Source: an uncultured cyanobacterium (lineage in GTDB: Bacteria > Cyanobacteriota > Cyanobacteriia > Phormidesmidales > Phormidesmidaceae). From it: a DNA stretch of 64,000 nt. Of this stretch, positions 46,620 to 56,274 are shown in pieces (positions within the stretch are counted from its first letter, which is position 1; each line of letters starts with the position of its first letter). Both the position numbers and the translations under genes were made by a program. The notes beneath the pieces were generated by a model. It worked only from the letters and a program-made list of their open reading frames with translations, searched no databases and was not told the DNA's origin. The stretch is from NCBI GenBank assembly GCA_963793265.1, contig CAWBZI010000002.1, forward strand, positions 1 to 64,000, given 5' to 3'.

Positions 46620-47353
46620 CATAGTCCACGCGCTTGGGATGCTTGTCAGTGGCTGCAATCGGCACCCGCGTCTCTTTGTGCAGTTGCACGGGCTGCTCAT
46701 CCATACAGATAACTGGGCACGCCGGGTTGTATGGCCGCTCGTAGGTATCTAACACTTCTTCCATCTGAGCAACAAACTCAGCATCTGAGTCAGGGGGGAT
46801 CACCCAGTACTCAATCTTGCGATTCGTCATACCGTTTTTTTCAGCGTCTGCCGAACAGTTTCGTGACTCACGCGCTCTACGATCTCAAGCTCAACGACCT
46901 TGCGCGCTAGTAGCCGCAGTGACCAGTTCGCATAGCCAGTAGGCGGCGTTCCTAACCGCATCGCTATTATCTGAGCCTCTTGCTCGCCATTCAAAAGCTT
47001 CGCAGTCGGGGGCGTCGCACGTTTCGCGCCGTTCAGCGTCTTTTCAAAGCCTTGCGTAACGAAACGTTTGCGGATGTTCTCGATTGTTTTTGTCCGGCAA
47101 TCAAAGGCTTCTGCTATCTGTCCATCTGTCCAGCTTGGCCCCTCGCTATCTGCCTTCAGCAGAATCTGAGCACGTCGCACTTTCTGACTGCTGCCAGAGA
47201 GCCGCTTGACCACTGCACGTAGCTGGCTTTTTTCAGCGGCACTGAGGGTAACGAGATATCTTTTCTGCATAAAGCTCCGGCTTGCTTTATCCTTACTCTC
47301 GACTATTTCAACACTCTTGCCAACCCTAAGTTTTAGGCATGACGATGCACTAG
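46620..47353 (-). mobile_element. IS630-family element, 3'-truncated (left end, orfA and start of orfB)
   Basis: orfA 46827-47270 (HTH). A7 slippery run before orfB. Left end CTAGTGCATCGTCA... matches the right end at 41390. About 250 bp near-identical to 40645-40893. Confidence 0.9.
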
Positions 47354-47688
47354 TAGCGATCGCACTCCTCTACGGCGCAACCGTTCACATAGGTAACATC
47401 GCCGGACTTACAGGAACACCGTGGCTGTCCACTCCGCTACTGTGGCGGTGCATGGATATCGCACTTTTGATTTTTGATGTCGTAGCAGCAGTCAGCCTGT
47501 GGAAAGGACTCTCCTGGTCTGTGTGGTTTGTATTCGGCGGTATCATTCTGTTGCAGTTTGTGCCCTATACTTTGTTGCGATCGCACTTTATCCTCAAGCC
47601 CGAAGATGCTCAAACCCTCAACGGCTTGCTAGGGACTGAAGCTATTCTTTTAGCTATTCTCCTAATTTTGCTATGGATGAAGAAATGA
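47354..47688 (+). pseudogene. Membrane protein, 5'-truncated by IS630
   Basis: The hydrophobic frame VAIALLYGATVHIGNI... begins exactly at the IS end. Confidence 0.6.
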
Positions 47689-47706
47689 TTGCTCGTGTAA
47701 CACGCA

Positions 47707-48291
47707 TTACGTCAAAACCTGCTTAATGTAGTGGCGGATGACCTGCTGCTGCTGCTCAACGCTAAGCCTATTAGCCTGAATAAGAGAATCAAGACTCACG
47801 CCGTTTCCTAGCGCCAAAAGGGCATTAGATTCTATGTCTGGATCGATATCCACACGGATCAATTGGTCGCGCTGCAAGCGCTTTATCTCCTGAATAATGA
47901 CCTCACGCAACTCGGCGGCGCTTTGCCGATGCTCGGCCATGAGTGCGTCTCGCCCTACCGCGTACCCGAGGAAGGCAACCCACACTTTGAGAATTTCTTG
48001 CCGCTGAAGATCGATAGGCAAGAAAGCAGAGAGCATAGCAACCAACCGTTCTGTGCCAGAAACATCTACAAGGGCCTCTTTCATCAACACTTTCAGACGT
48101 TCTGTAACCTGGCCGAGTGCGAACAGAATCAGGGCTTCTTTGTTGCGAAAGTAGTGCGTAACGACGCCCGTGGTGCAGTTCATTTCCTGCGCGATCGCCC
48201 GCATACTCGTACGATCTAACCCCTCACGCACAATCACTCGCCACGCCGCTTCAGAAACCTCTAACCGCCGGTCTTTCTGAGTTCCAGCCAC
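47707..48291 (-). CDS. TetR family regulator (BetI-like C-terminus)
   Basis: AAWRVI.REG....SMRAIA.E...TTGVVTHYF.NKE HTH. Confidence 0.93.
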   Translation of the reverse strand: MAGTQKDRRLEVSEAAWRVIVREGLDRTSMRAIAQEMNCTTGVVTHYFRNKEALILFALGQVTERLKVLMKEALVDVSGTERLVAMLSAFLPIDLQRQEILKVWVAFLGYAVGRDALMAEHRQSAAELREVIIQEIKRLQRDQLIRVDIDPDIESNALLALGNGVSLDSLIQANRLSVEQQQQVIRHYIKQVLT

Positions 48292-48365
48292 TACCTACTA
48301 CGCTCCTGCTCAAGGCCTTATCAATATTTGCCAGAGCTTTTTGACAAATACTATTGACAATTTAT

Positions 48366-48402
48366 CATAACAGTTGCTATAAAACACATAACAACTGTTA
48401 TG
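48366..48402. promoter_or_regulatory. Two tandem palindromic operators (putative TetR sites)
   Basis: CATAACAGTTGCTATA (48366-48381) and CATAACAACTGTTATG (48387-48402) between divergent genes, with TTGACA boxes just upstream. Confidence 0.7.
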
Positions 48403-49032
48403 AGGTTAGTTGAAATGACTTCAGCAAAAGCTTCAGCGAAGATAGTCAGTAGCGTGCCGACTTTTTTGCCTGTGCCGCGTGCAGGTGTTTTAGGCGTGCT
48501 AGATCGGTTTATTGGGCCGGGAGCAACTTCAGCCGAGATAGTTCTACAGTTAGTGCCTTCTGTCTTGGCTGCGATCGCAGCACCTACCTACGCCCTCAGC
48601 CTTCCTATTACCTGGACACCTTGGCAGCTTGGGCTACTCGCACTATTCGGGTTTGATCTATCAGGCGGTGTGCTTACCAATGCCACAAACGCTGCTAAAC
48701 GCTGGTATCACCGACCGGGGCAAAGCTGGCGGCAGCACCTATTGTTTGTTGCCAGCCATCTTTTCCACATTGGGGCAGTTGCTTTGTTCTTTCGCGGCGG
48801 CGACTGGGCGTTCTTCGGCAGCGTATCTGCTTACTTGCTATTGGCGGCAGGCTTGATTTTGTCTGTGCCGCTGTATTTGCAACGCCCCATTGCCTTTGGT
48901 CTGTACGGGCTGTCGTTAATTGGCAGTTTTTATCTGCTGACACCAATGCCAGGGCTAGAGTGGTTTCTGCCTCTGTTCTTCCTGAAACTTCTGGTAAGTC
49001 ACTTGTTGAACGAAACGGCTTATCGTCCATAG
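48400..49032 (+). CDS. Hypothetical membrane protein
   Basis: DRFIGPGAT, D..GG..TNAT.AAKRWYHR motifs and several TM helices. Confidence 0.8.
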   Translation: MRLVEMTSAKASAKIVSSVPTFLPVPRAGVLGVLDRFIGPGATSAEIVLQLVPSVLAAIAAPTYALSLPITWTPWQLGLLALFGFDLSGGVLTNATNAAKRWYHRPGQSWRQHLLFVASHLFHIGAVALFFRGGDWAFFGSVSAYLLLAAGLILSVPLYLQRPIAFGLYGLSLIGSFYLLTPMPGLEWFLPLFFLKLLVSHLLNETAYRP

Positions 49033-49104
49033 TGCTGTCGATAAGACAGCATTATTTTCTTCAGTTTTGCTTTTCTGTCGTTTTCTATTTTTGAGGTAGA
49101 TATT

Positions 49105-49326
49105 GTGAAAAACGCTGTCAGATATTCAGTATTCTCGCTACTCCTTTTGTCGGCAATCATGCTCACCTCATTGGTTCCGGGTGGCCCGATTGAAACCCGA
49201 GACTTCTCCCATATTAGCCCGCTCGTGTTGGGTAGCTTTAATGTCTTTCTAACAACCCTCAGCATTACGAGTTTTCTAGGGATAGGCATCGTTATTTTTG
49301 CCACTCGTTCTGCGATGGGCTTATAA
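49105..49326 (+). pseudogene. Short membrane-protein fragment
   Basis: LVPGGPIETRDFSHI followed by an early end. Confidence 0.4.
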
Positions 49327-49411
49327 ATCGACAGCACAAGAAGATCAAGCTATTTGGCGTATGTTTAATCGCTCTGATGGCTCGGCCTGTTTATGCAGGC
49401 CGAGCTTCGGG

Positions 49412-50395
49412 CTACACACTGATAGCCACCTTTCCTTTCACCTGCCTGTCTTCTAAGGTACGAATGGCTGTAGGCACGTCTGCCAGTGAATAAGTTTTCT
49501 CAATAAATGGCTTGAGTTTACCGGATTCAACCCAGTCTTTTAGCACGGTCAAATCAGCTTGGTTAGGGGTTGACTGCAAGCACTTTATGCGGCGACGACT
49601 GGCTTTATCCTGACGCCTGTCAACAAAAGAACCCAGAAACATTGCTCGAAAAAATTCAGCAGTATCACCCCCAACCATGACATACATTCCACCGGGTACG
49701 AGTGCCTCTAAAAAGTCAGAAAAGGGACGATAGGCCGCCGCATCCAAAATCAAATCATAGGGCTGCTTTGATTGTGTTGGATTGCTTTGAGTGTAATCAA
49801 CAATATAGTCCGCGCCCAGTGACTTCACCATCTCTATTTTGCTTGTGCTACAAACCGCACTCACCTCAGCGCCAAACGCTTTTGCTATCTGCACTGCAAA
49901 AGAGCCAACGCCACCAGAGGCCCCATTAATCAGCACTTTCTGGCCTGCCTGAATCTCTCCGAAGTCTCTAAGCCCATGCAGCGCAGCCAACCCAGAGACA
50001 GGAACGGTTGCAGCTTCCTCAAATGTCAAATTAGTGGGCTTTTGCACCAGCGCCGATTCAGGCACAGACACATATTCAGCAAACGCACCAAACCCGCATT
50101 CTGACAAATCGCCAAAGACCTCATCTCCAGGCTGAAACTGTTTCACATCTTTGCCTACAGCTTCTACACGTCCGGCGATATCTGTGCCAATCGTTTGAAG
50201 CTTAGGCGTTAGGATTCCGCCAAGCATGAGACGAATCACAAAAGGCGTGCCGCGCATCAGGTGCCAGTCACCCGCATGCACGCCCGCACCATGAACTCGG
50301 ACTAACACTTCATTATCAGCAGGCATCGGCTTGTCAATCTCTTCTAGCCTTAAAACATCTGCTGAGCCGTACTCAGACTGAACAATCGCTTTCAT
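49412..50395 (-). CDS. NAD(P)-dependent MDR/quinone oxidoreductase-like protein
   Basis: MKAIV...YG, G.DIAG.VEAVG, INGASGGVG and GKVAI motifs. Confidence 0.93.
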   Translation of the reverse strand: MKAIVQSEYGSADVLRLEEIDKPMPADNEVLVRVHGAGVHAGDWHLMRGTPFVIRLMLGGILTPKLQTIGTDIAGRVEAVGKDVKQFQPGDEVFGDLSECGFGAFAEYVSVPESALVQKPTNLTFEEAATVPVSGLAALHGLRDFGEIQAGQKVLINGASGGVGSFAVQIAKAFGAEVSAVCSTSKIEMVKSLGADYIVDYTQSNPTQSKQPYDLILDAAAYRPFSDFLEALVPGGMYVMVGGDTAEFFRAMFLGSFVDRRQDKASRRRIKCLQSTPNQADLTVLKDWVESGKLKPFIEKTYSLADVPTAIRTLEDRQVKGKVAISV

Positions 50396-50444
50396 CTGGT
50401 GACCTCTTTGGTATAGTTTTTGTCTCTCTTGCTTAATAGATAGA

Positions 50445-50708
50445 GTGAGTTTTATAGCGGGTCAACCCAGTGCCATCTTTACTTACGCTGTAAGTTTAAC
50501 ATTCGAGGCAGAGGAGTATTCAGCAGCAGCAGAAAACTATCTTCCGCTTATTCCTGCCGATAAGTACCCTTATATCAACGGCATGACACAACGGATCATC
50601 AGCAGGAAATATGACGGCATTCACGATTTTGAGTTTGGCCTCGAACTCATTCTTAACGGGCTCGGTCAGTACGCCTGTTCCGCTGAGCTGGGAATACAAA
50701 CAAACTAG
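50445..50708 (+). pseudogene. C-terminal fragment of a TetR (TetR_C) regulator
   Basis: YPYI......DFEFGLELILNGL motif, with no HTH. Confidence 0.55.
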
Positions 50709-50762
50709 AAGAAAAGTAATCTAGAAGATGAGGACTATGTTGAACATAGATCTATCAAACTC

Positions 50763-51230
50763 TTATTTGAGGCGCGGTGTAGATCGTTCTTTGCGAATAG
50801 TCATGAACCAAACCCATCCTAGTAAGAAGATTTGTAGCGGTATGCGAAAGAATAGGTAGCGTGGGCCATGTACATTACCTCCAAACGCTATCGAGTTTAG
50901 GGCAGCGTAAATATTTGCTGGAAAAACGCACAATAGAAATAGACATGCGAGTATCCCGGTCAGTCGTCTTGCCCGTGGCCACAAAAATCCGACGCCAAAC
51001 ATCAGCTCTATCACGCCAGTGACATAGACGATAAGATGGCGGAGCGGAACCCATGCTGGCAGCATTAGCACCATGCTGTTAGCCAGCGTAAAGTGACTCA
51101 CGCCAGTAAAAAAGAACATAGCTGCGATCGCAATACTGCCCGCCACGCGAACATTGATGATGTGTCTGCTGATTGATTGAACAACCAGTACTAGACTAAA
51201 AACAATCAGTAAAACAATTAATACTACCAT
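50763..51230 (-). CDS. DoxX-like membrane protein
   Basis: FTGVSHF, TGVIEL, FPANIY and RIPLQ motifs. Confidence 0.8.
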   Translation of the reverse strand: MVVLIVLLIVFSLVLVVQSISRHIINVRVAGSIAIAAMFFFTGVSHFTLANSMVLMLPAWVPLRHLIVYVTGVIELMFGVGFLWPRARRLTGILACLFLLCVFPANIYAALNSIAFGGNVHGPRYLFFRIPLQIFLLGWVWFMTIRKERSTPRLK

Positions 51231-51394
51231 TTGTCTACATAGAAGCGACAGGATTGATTCTTCTATTTCTGTAATGCTCCATACCTAAAAGAGACGGGAC
51301 TGATGCATTTGTCTGTGCGACACACCAGTCCATGTCCCTGATAGATCGTACGATCTTTATATCAGAGGTTTTGAAAATATTCTACTGCAATTGA

Positions 51395-51877
51395 CTATGG
51401 CAAAGAAAACGTAAACATTGCGGCTGCTAAGAAGGCAGCGGTGGTACGAACGTGGTTCCAGAGCGTCCAGTCTGTGAGGTACTTGCGCCATAGCTGGGCA
51501 CTTTCTGTGCTGGTAGGGCGCACAATCGCTAAGGCATCGTTGAGCGGCACATTACCTAACCCCGTGACGCCGATGGTTCCAATCAAGTACAGCAGACTAC
51601 CGACGAGTAAATAGATGGCTCCTGGTTGCCCCCAGTTACGCAGCGCAATAATTGTCAGCATCACACAGGCCACTGCCGGACCAAAAAACGCCGAGTAAAA
51701 CCAAGGATTAAACACTGTAACGTTGATGGACTGCATGGTGGCAATGCCTGAAGCAGCGGGCTGCAGTGCAAGTGCTCGCATGACAAAGGTAGAGAACGCA
51801 AAGAAAATGCCTGCGCTGAGCGCACTGCTGATAACTGCGAAGTAAATGAGAGAGATGCGGAAATTTTGAATAATCAT
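51395..51877 (-). CDS. DUF1772/anthrone oxygenase family membrane protein
   Basis: AGIFFAFS.FVM.AL, MQSIN, NVPLN and W..WNHVRT motifs. Confidence 0.85.
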   Translation of the reverse strand: MIIQNFRISLIYFAVISSALSAGIFFAFSTFVMRALALQPAASGIATMQSINVTVFNPWFYSAFFGPAVACVMLTIIALRNWGQPGAIYLLVGSLLYLIGTIGVTGLGNVPLNDALAIVRPTSTESAQLWRKYLTDWTLWNHVRTTAAFLAAAMFTFSLP

Positions 51878-51922
51878 AGCCGTATTTCCTTAAGAGTTGT
51901 TGAAGCGCTAGAACGAAAACGA

Positions 51923-52567
51923 CTAATAAGACAAACTCGGCGTCTTACCTAAATATGTATCCGTGGTTAGCTGCTTTAACAGAAAATCAGCAACATCAGC
52001 CCGTGCAATTTTAAGCGTTGAAGTTTTGTCATCGCCTGGAAAGCCATGTCGATACGATCCCGTTCGAGGGCCATCAACAAAGGCGCTAGGGCGCACAATT
52101 GTCCAATCTAAGTTGCTTTGCTTAACGTAGCGCTCTTGCCGCTGATGGTCGGCAAAGACCTTACGCAAGATGAAGCCAAACATCACGTATTTCCAGTAAA
52201 AGTCGAGATTGCCCCAGCTATCGCCTGCGCCGAGTGTAGATTGGCAGATGAACCGTCGAACGCCGGTTTGCTCCATCGCTTTGATAATTTGCTGGGTTCC
52301 TTCTGAACGGACGGTGCTATTGAGGCTTTTTCCAGACCCGAGAACGCATACAACAGCGTCTTGCCCTTGAATCGCTTGTTCTACGAATGAGAGATTCATA
52401 ACATCTCCTTGAAATAGCATCAGGTTAGGATGTTGGATGTCGAGTTTGGCAGGCGTACGGGCAAAGGCAGTGACGAGATGCCCCTGTTCTAGTGCTTGCT
52501 CTACAACTTTTTTCCCAACGGTTCCAGTTGCACCAAAGATAACGAGTTTCATTGCGGTTGTCTCCAA
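51923..52567 (-). CDS. NAD(P)H-binding flavin reductase (BVR-B-like atypical SDR)
   Basis: GATGTVG, LDWTIVRP and IARADVA motifs. Confidence 0.9.
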   Translation of the reverse strand: METTAMKLVIFGATGTVGKKVVEQALEQGHLVTAFARTPAKLDIQHPNLMLFQGDVMNLSFVEQAIQGQDAVVCVLGSGKSLNSTVRSEGTQQIIKAMEQTGVRRFICQSTLGAGDSWGNLDFYWKYVMFGFILRKVFADHQRQERYVKQSNLDWTIVRPSAFVDGPRTGSYRHGFPGDDKTSTLKIARADVADFLLKQLTTDTYLGKTPSLSY

Positions 52568-52735
52568 CGTTTTGACGCTTTCAGCTTATGAAGAGAGCAA
52601 CGCTTTAGCTGTCAACTTCTTGCGGAACTATCACGATCTTGCGCTGGCTTAGCAATTTTTGCTTAGAAGTGCCTCTAAATGCTGTCGTAGCGGTAAACAT
52701 CGAATATATTTAGATAGACAGCGTTGGGCTAGCCC

Positions 52736-53572
52736 ATGGAAAATACGGCTACACAGACAGTTCAAGACCAGGCACCCGTTCAAATTGACCTACTGCAAAG
52801 TCCGGCAGGCGAGGGAAGCTGCCACTTTGAAGGCGAGCATACGCTGTTTATGTCGCTAGCCGTCCGCCCAGTACACTACTGGCATACTCAGGACGGAAAA
52901 ACCCATACGGGCCTGTACCGACGAGGGGAGATATTAATTACCCCGGCAAACACGCCGTTATTCGCGCGGTGGGAGGGAGAGGAAAATTGTTTGCAAATTC
53001 GACTGTCATCTGAATTCATGCGAAATGTTGCGAGGGAAACGGTGGTTGGAGATTGTGATCGCATCACCCTAAAGCCCGAATTCCAAACCCACAATCCCCA
53101 ACTCGAATCTATCAGCACAATGCTGCTAAACGAACTGCAACAAGGCTCACTATCCAACCGCCTTTACGTTGATTCTCTCTCTAATATTCTGGCGGTGAAC
53201 TTGCTCAGGCAGCACGCGACAACAAGACCTCGTTTGCCCGTTTATGAAGGGGGTTTGCCCCCTCGTCAACTACGACAGATCTTAGATTACATTGATGCCC
53301 ATATCGATCGCGAGATCAGACTAGCAAGCCTAGCACAGTTGTCGGGCATGAGTCAATTCCACTTCAGCCGTTTATTCAAACAGTCTTTGGGCGTGTCGCC
53401 CTATCAGTACCTGCTTCAGCAGAGAGTAGAGCGTGCCAAGCAATTGCTAAAAAACACAGATCGACTCATCACCGACATTGCCCTATCCTGCGGCTTTAAT
53501 AGTCACAGTCACTTAAGTAAACAGTTCAAACAGCTAACTGGGATAACACCCAAAGCTTACAGATCTAGCTAG
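52736..53572 (+). CDS. AraC family regulator
   Basis: MSQFHFSRLFKQSLG.SPYQY...IALSCGF.SHSHL...FK..TG.TP motif. Confidence 0.93.
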   Translation: MENTATQTVQDQAPVQIDLLQSPAGEGSCHFEGEHTLFMSLAVRPVHYWHTQDGKTHTGLYRRGEILITPANTPLFARWEGEENCLQIRLSSEFMRNVARETVVGDCDRITLKPEFQTHNPQLESISTMLLNELQQGSLSNRLYVDSLSNILAVNLLRQHATTRPRLPVYEGGLPPRQLRQILDYIDAHIDREIRLASLAQLSGMSQFHFSRLFKQSLGVSPYQYLLQQRVERAKQLLKNTDRLITDIALSCGFNSHSHLSKQFKQLTGITPKAYRSS

Positions 53573-53630
53573 TCCTGGCTGATACCTATCCGAATGCTCT
53601 CTATCGTTCCTTTTAGAACTCGTAAATCTC

Positions 53631-54314
53631 TCAAGATTTAATCCCGAGCACAGCTAGGCACATCCGTCTCGACCAGCCAGCACCATAGTCAAAGGCGCTG
53701 ACAGCCTCAAGTCCTGCTGCTTGTAGAAAAAAGACTAGCTGGTTAGCGGTATATCCGCGATTGTGCCAACGCAAAGACATGAGAACTTGACCCAAGCCCT
53801 TGCGAGTCACTGACCCAATCAGCGGGGCATCCGGCTTTAACACTCGAACCATCTCACGCAGCGTTTCTATCGGTTCGGCCATGTGCTCTAAGACATGGGC
53901 AAAAATAACCGCATCAAAGGATTCATCGGCAAAGGGTAAACGTCTAATATTCCCGCCTTTCAAATCGAGAGTCGTGCAGCGATTTTTCAAATTCTGTTGC
54001 GCCTGAGTCAACATAGGGTAAGAAATATCGACGCCAGAGACATGGGCAGGCTGCTCGATGCTGTTTAATAGGGCTAGACTGAAAGCACCTGTACCCACCC
54101 CGCAGTCGAGAATCTTCGACGTATGGTTAATATGATTCAAACAACTGCGTACACTTTTGTCTTTGAACAACAGTTGATAACTGTGGATCTGACCTAAGCG
54201 GACTAAATTGTCCTGCCAGTGAGAGGCGGAGGCATCGTAGCGCGATCTCAAGGTATCAATGCTAGGAGCAGTTTTCCAATAGTCCAACGTTGAGCTAGTT
54301 GTGTTTAATAGCAT
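53631..54314 (-). CDS. Class I SAM-dependent methyltransferase
   Basis: ILDCGVGTG, LPFADESFD and RVLKP motifs. Confidence 0.88.
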   Translation of the reverse strand: MLLNTTSSTLDYWKTAPSIDTLRSRYDASASHWQDNLVRLGQIHSYQLLFKDKSVRSCLNHINHTSKILDCGVGTGAFSLALLNSIEQPAHVSGVDISYPMLTQAQQNLKNRCTTLDLKGGNIRRLPFADESFDAVIFAHVLEHMAEPIETLREMVRVLKPDAPLIGSVTRKGLGQVLMSLRWHNRGYTANQLVFFLQAAGLEAVSAFDYGAGWSRRMCLAVLGIKS

Positions 54315-54474
54315 GGCAAAATCGACCCTCCTATTGCAGAGGGCTATACGCTTCGTGAATTCAACTGATAGAAAGCTGTAGCGACCCCAGTACGCAAATT
54401 TGCAAGTTAGCCGCGTAGGGTCAAATGGATCTGATTAAGACTGTTGGGCAGTGAATATCCTGCTGAGAGTGCTG

Positions 54475-55098
54475 CTATGTGGGCTTTTTGGCTACGATGA
54501 ACACTGCCTTGCCCTTACTCGGTTGCCATTGGTAATCCAGTTCAAATCTGGCCTGGGTCAAGCTGTCTGCCAATTCTTGCGCGGTTAAAACTTGAACAAA
54601 CGGAAGCAAGCCGAGGGCTCGCCCGATGTACGCGATGGGTTTAAACCAGCTCATGGTATCTCCCATACAAACGGTGCTAGTGACAAAGAGGCCGCCCGGT
54701 TTAAGCATTCGATACACCTGTGCGATCGCCTCCTCCTTATTGGGCAATAGGTGTAAAATACTAAGTCCCAACACCGCGTCTAGACTCTGACTAGGAACAT
54801 CAAGATCTTCAATGGCGGCCTGTTCAAATGTGACGTTCTGAACGCGATCAGCTTCTGCTTTGGTTTGGGCGATCGCAATCATATTGGCAGAAAAATCGAT
54901 AGCGCGAATGTGCTTTACATAGGGGGCATGGAGGATGGCCGTTGACCCCGTGCCGCAGCCGATTTCCAGCACTTCCATATCAGGGCGAAAGTAGTCGCGG
55001 GTGACCGCTAGTTTTTTCTGATAAGCGGCTTCATCAGCAATCGGCTGCTTAGCGTATTTCTCTGCGATTTTGTCCCAGAATTTGGTCGATGTAGTCAT
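54475..55098 (-). CDS. Class I SAM-dependent methyltransferase
   Basis: VLEIGCGTG and LKPGGLF motifs. Confidence 0.9.
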   Translation of the reverse strand: MTTSTKFWDKIAEKYAKQPIADEAAYQKKLAVTRDYFRPDMEVLEIGCGTGSTAILHAPYVKHIRAIDFSANMIAIAQTKAEADRVQNVTFEQAAIEDLDVPSQSLDAVLGLSILHLLPNKEEAIAQVYRMLKPGGLFVTSTVCMGDTMSWFKPIAYIGRALGLLPFVQVLTAQELADSLTQARFELDYQWQPSKGKAVFIVAKKPT

Positions 55099-55102
55099 GG
55101 GT

Positions 55103-55663
55103 TTACCTCTTTGGTAACGTCATGTTGGTTTGTGTTGCTATGGTTTGGTAGAACTGGGTGATGTCGTGGCGCGATCGCAGGTGAAAAACCCGCTTCATGG
55201 CCTCAGCCGTTTTCACATAGTCTCGATACCTTGGCGTTAGTTTGGTATGGCATAGCCAGATAGTGGAGTAGCTTTTCAGTGTGCCTTTCCACAGTGGACT
55301 GTTGTCTGGCCAACCAGCGGGGTGTACCCAAGCCCCTTGAAGAAAGCGTTTGGTTGCCCACCAGTAATGCTGCAACACGGGCATATCGAGATAGACCAAA
55401 GTATCGGCCACGGCCAAACGGTTCCATAGGGTATCCATTGAGCCAAAGCCATCTACGATCCACTGATCCTGTTGTAGGAGCGCATCGTGAGCAGCCTTGA
55501 ACTCAACATGGGGGACTTCGCCACCACCGGGCTGGTACTGCAATGAATCTAGCGGCACCCAGGGTAAGCCAGTGATTTCAGCTAGATTTTTACTGAGAGT
55601 CGACTTTCCTGCGCCCGCATTGCCAAATACAGCTACTTTCTTTATCGGTTTTGTCTTACTCAT
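55103..55663 (-). CDS. Adenylate-kinase-like/FlaR (topology modulation) P-loop protein
   Basis: GNAGAGKST Walker A, WIVDG and ADTLVYLD motifs. Confidence 0.8.
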   Translation of the reverse strand: MSKTKPIKKVAVFGNAGAGKSTLSKNLAEITGLPWVPLDSLQYQPGGGEVPHVEFKAAHDALLQQDQWIVDGFGSMDTLWNRLAVADTLVYLDMPVLQHYWWATKRFLQGAWVHPAGWPDNSPLWKGTLKSYSTIWLCHTKLTPRYRDYVKTAEAMKRVFHLRSRHDITQFYQTIATQTNMTLPKR

Positions 55664-55691
55664 GGCACTTAGGTGACGCTTACTTCAGCTT

Positions 55692-56126
55692 TTATGATGA
55701 TACTTCCTGACTTATTGAATGCCTTTTTGAAGATGGATTTCGCCACTGCCATGCCGACCAGATGATAAATAACAAAGCTGCCATTTCTATAACCATATGA
55801 AAGGTATCATCCAAGTCGGTTGTACCATTGTTGATCTCAAACGCGAGGGTAGTCATAGCGGCAATGATGTTAGCCCAACGATTAGAACTGTAGGGTAGCA
55901 GCCGAGAAAGGAGCACCATAGAAATTGGTACTTCGGCAACGAAACCACCCAACAGCAACAGATGCTCTGTAATTTGAATTCCGTTGAATGTTCCGGTCAT
56001 GACCTGTTCAATAAATCCAGGTTCAATAAATTCGTGGATATCTCGAAAGATGACGTTGAATAGATAAAATATCCATAGGGTAGACAGCTTGACTTTCATC
56101 TCTAGCGCTTGCTTGTGTAGATTCAT
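55692..56126 (-). CDS. DUF6326-like membrane protein
   Basis: KLSTLWIF..FN.IFRDIHE, PISMVLLSRLL and NRWANI motifs. AAGGAG RBS before the ATG at 56126. Confidence 0.7.
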   Translation of the reverse strand: MNLHKQALEMKVKLSTLWIFYLFNVIFRDIHEFIEPGFIEQVMTGTFNGIQITEHLLLLGGFVAEVPISMVLLSRLLPYSSNRWANIIAAMTTLAFEINNGTTDLDDTFHMVIEMAALLFIIWSAWQWRNPSSKRHSISQEVSS

Positions 56127-56225
56127 CGTTCTCTCCTTCAATTTCGTTAGGATGGCTCCGTCTGACTGATTGCTGGATGCTTGGGTTAACAACTCAAAAG
56201 TACAAATGGAGGTGGGGAGCCGTAG

Positions 56226-56241
56226 TCCCCACATGTGGGGA
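56226..56241. promoter_or_regulatory. Perfect 16-bp palindrome, putative site for the MalT-like regulator
   Basis: TCCCCACATGTGGGGA lies between the regulator stop and the downstream genes. Confidence 0.6.
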
Positions 56242-56274
56242 TTGAACCTGGGGATTTGATGTGAGGATAAGCCC

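Noticed and set aside
40645..47353. Composite transposon formed by the two IS630 pieces
   Set aside because: The surviving ends (41390 and 47353) do not both face outward around the cargo, and there is no IS end at the left boundary.
47206..47688. 160-aa ORF as an intact gene
   Set aside because: Its first ~49 codons lie inside the IS630 left end. Only the part after 47353 is a real, truncated gene.
52618..52664. TCTTGCG-like direct repeats as AraC binding sites
   Set aside because: Plausible, but short and irregularly spaced (19 and 20 bp), so not supportable without a motif model.
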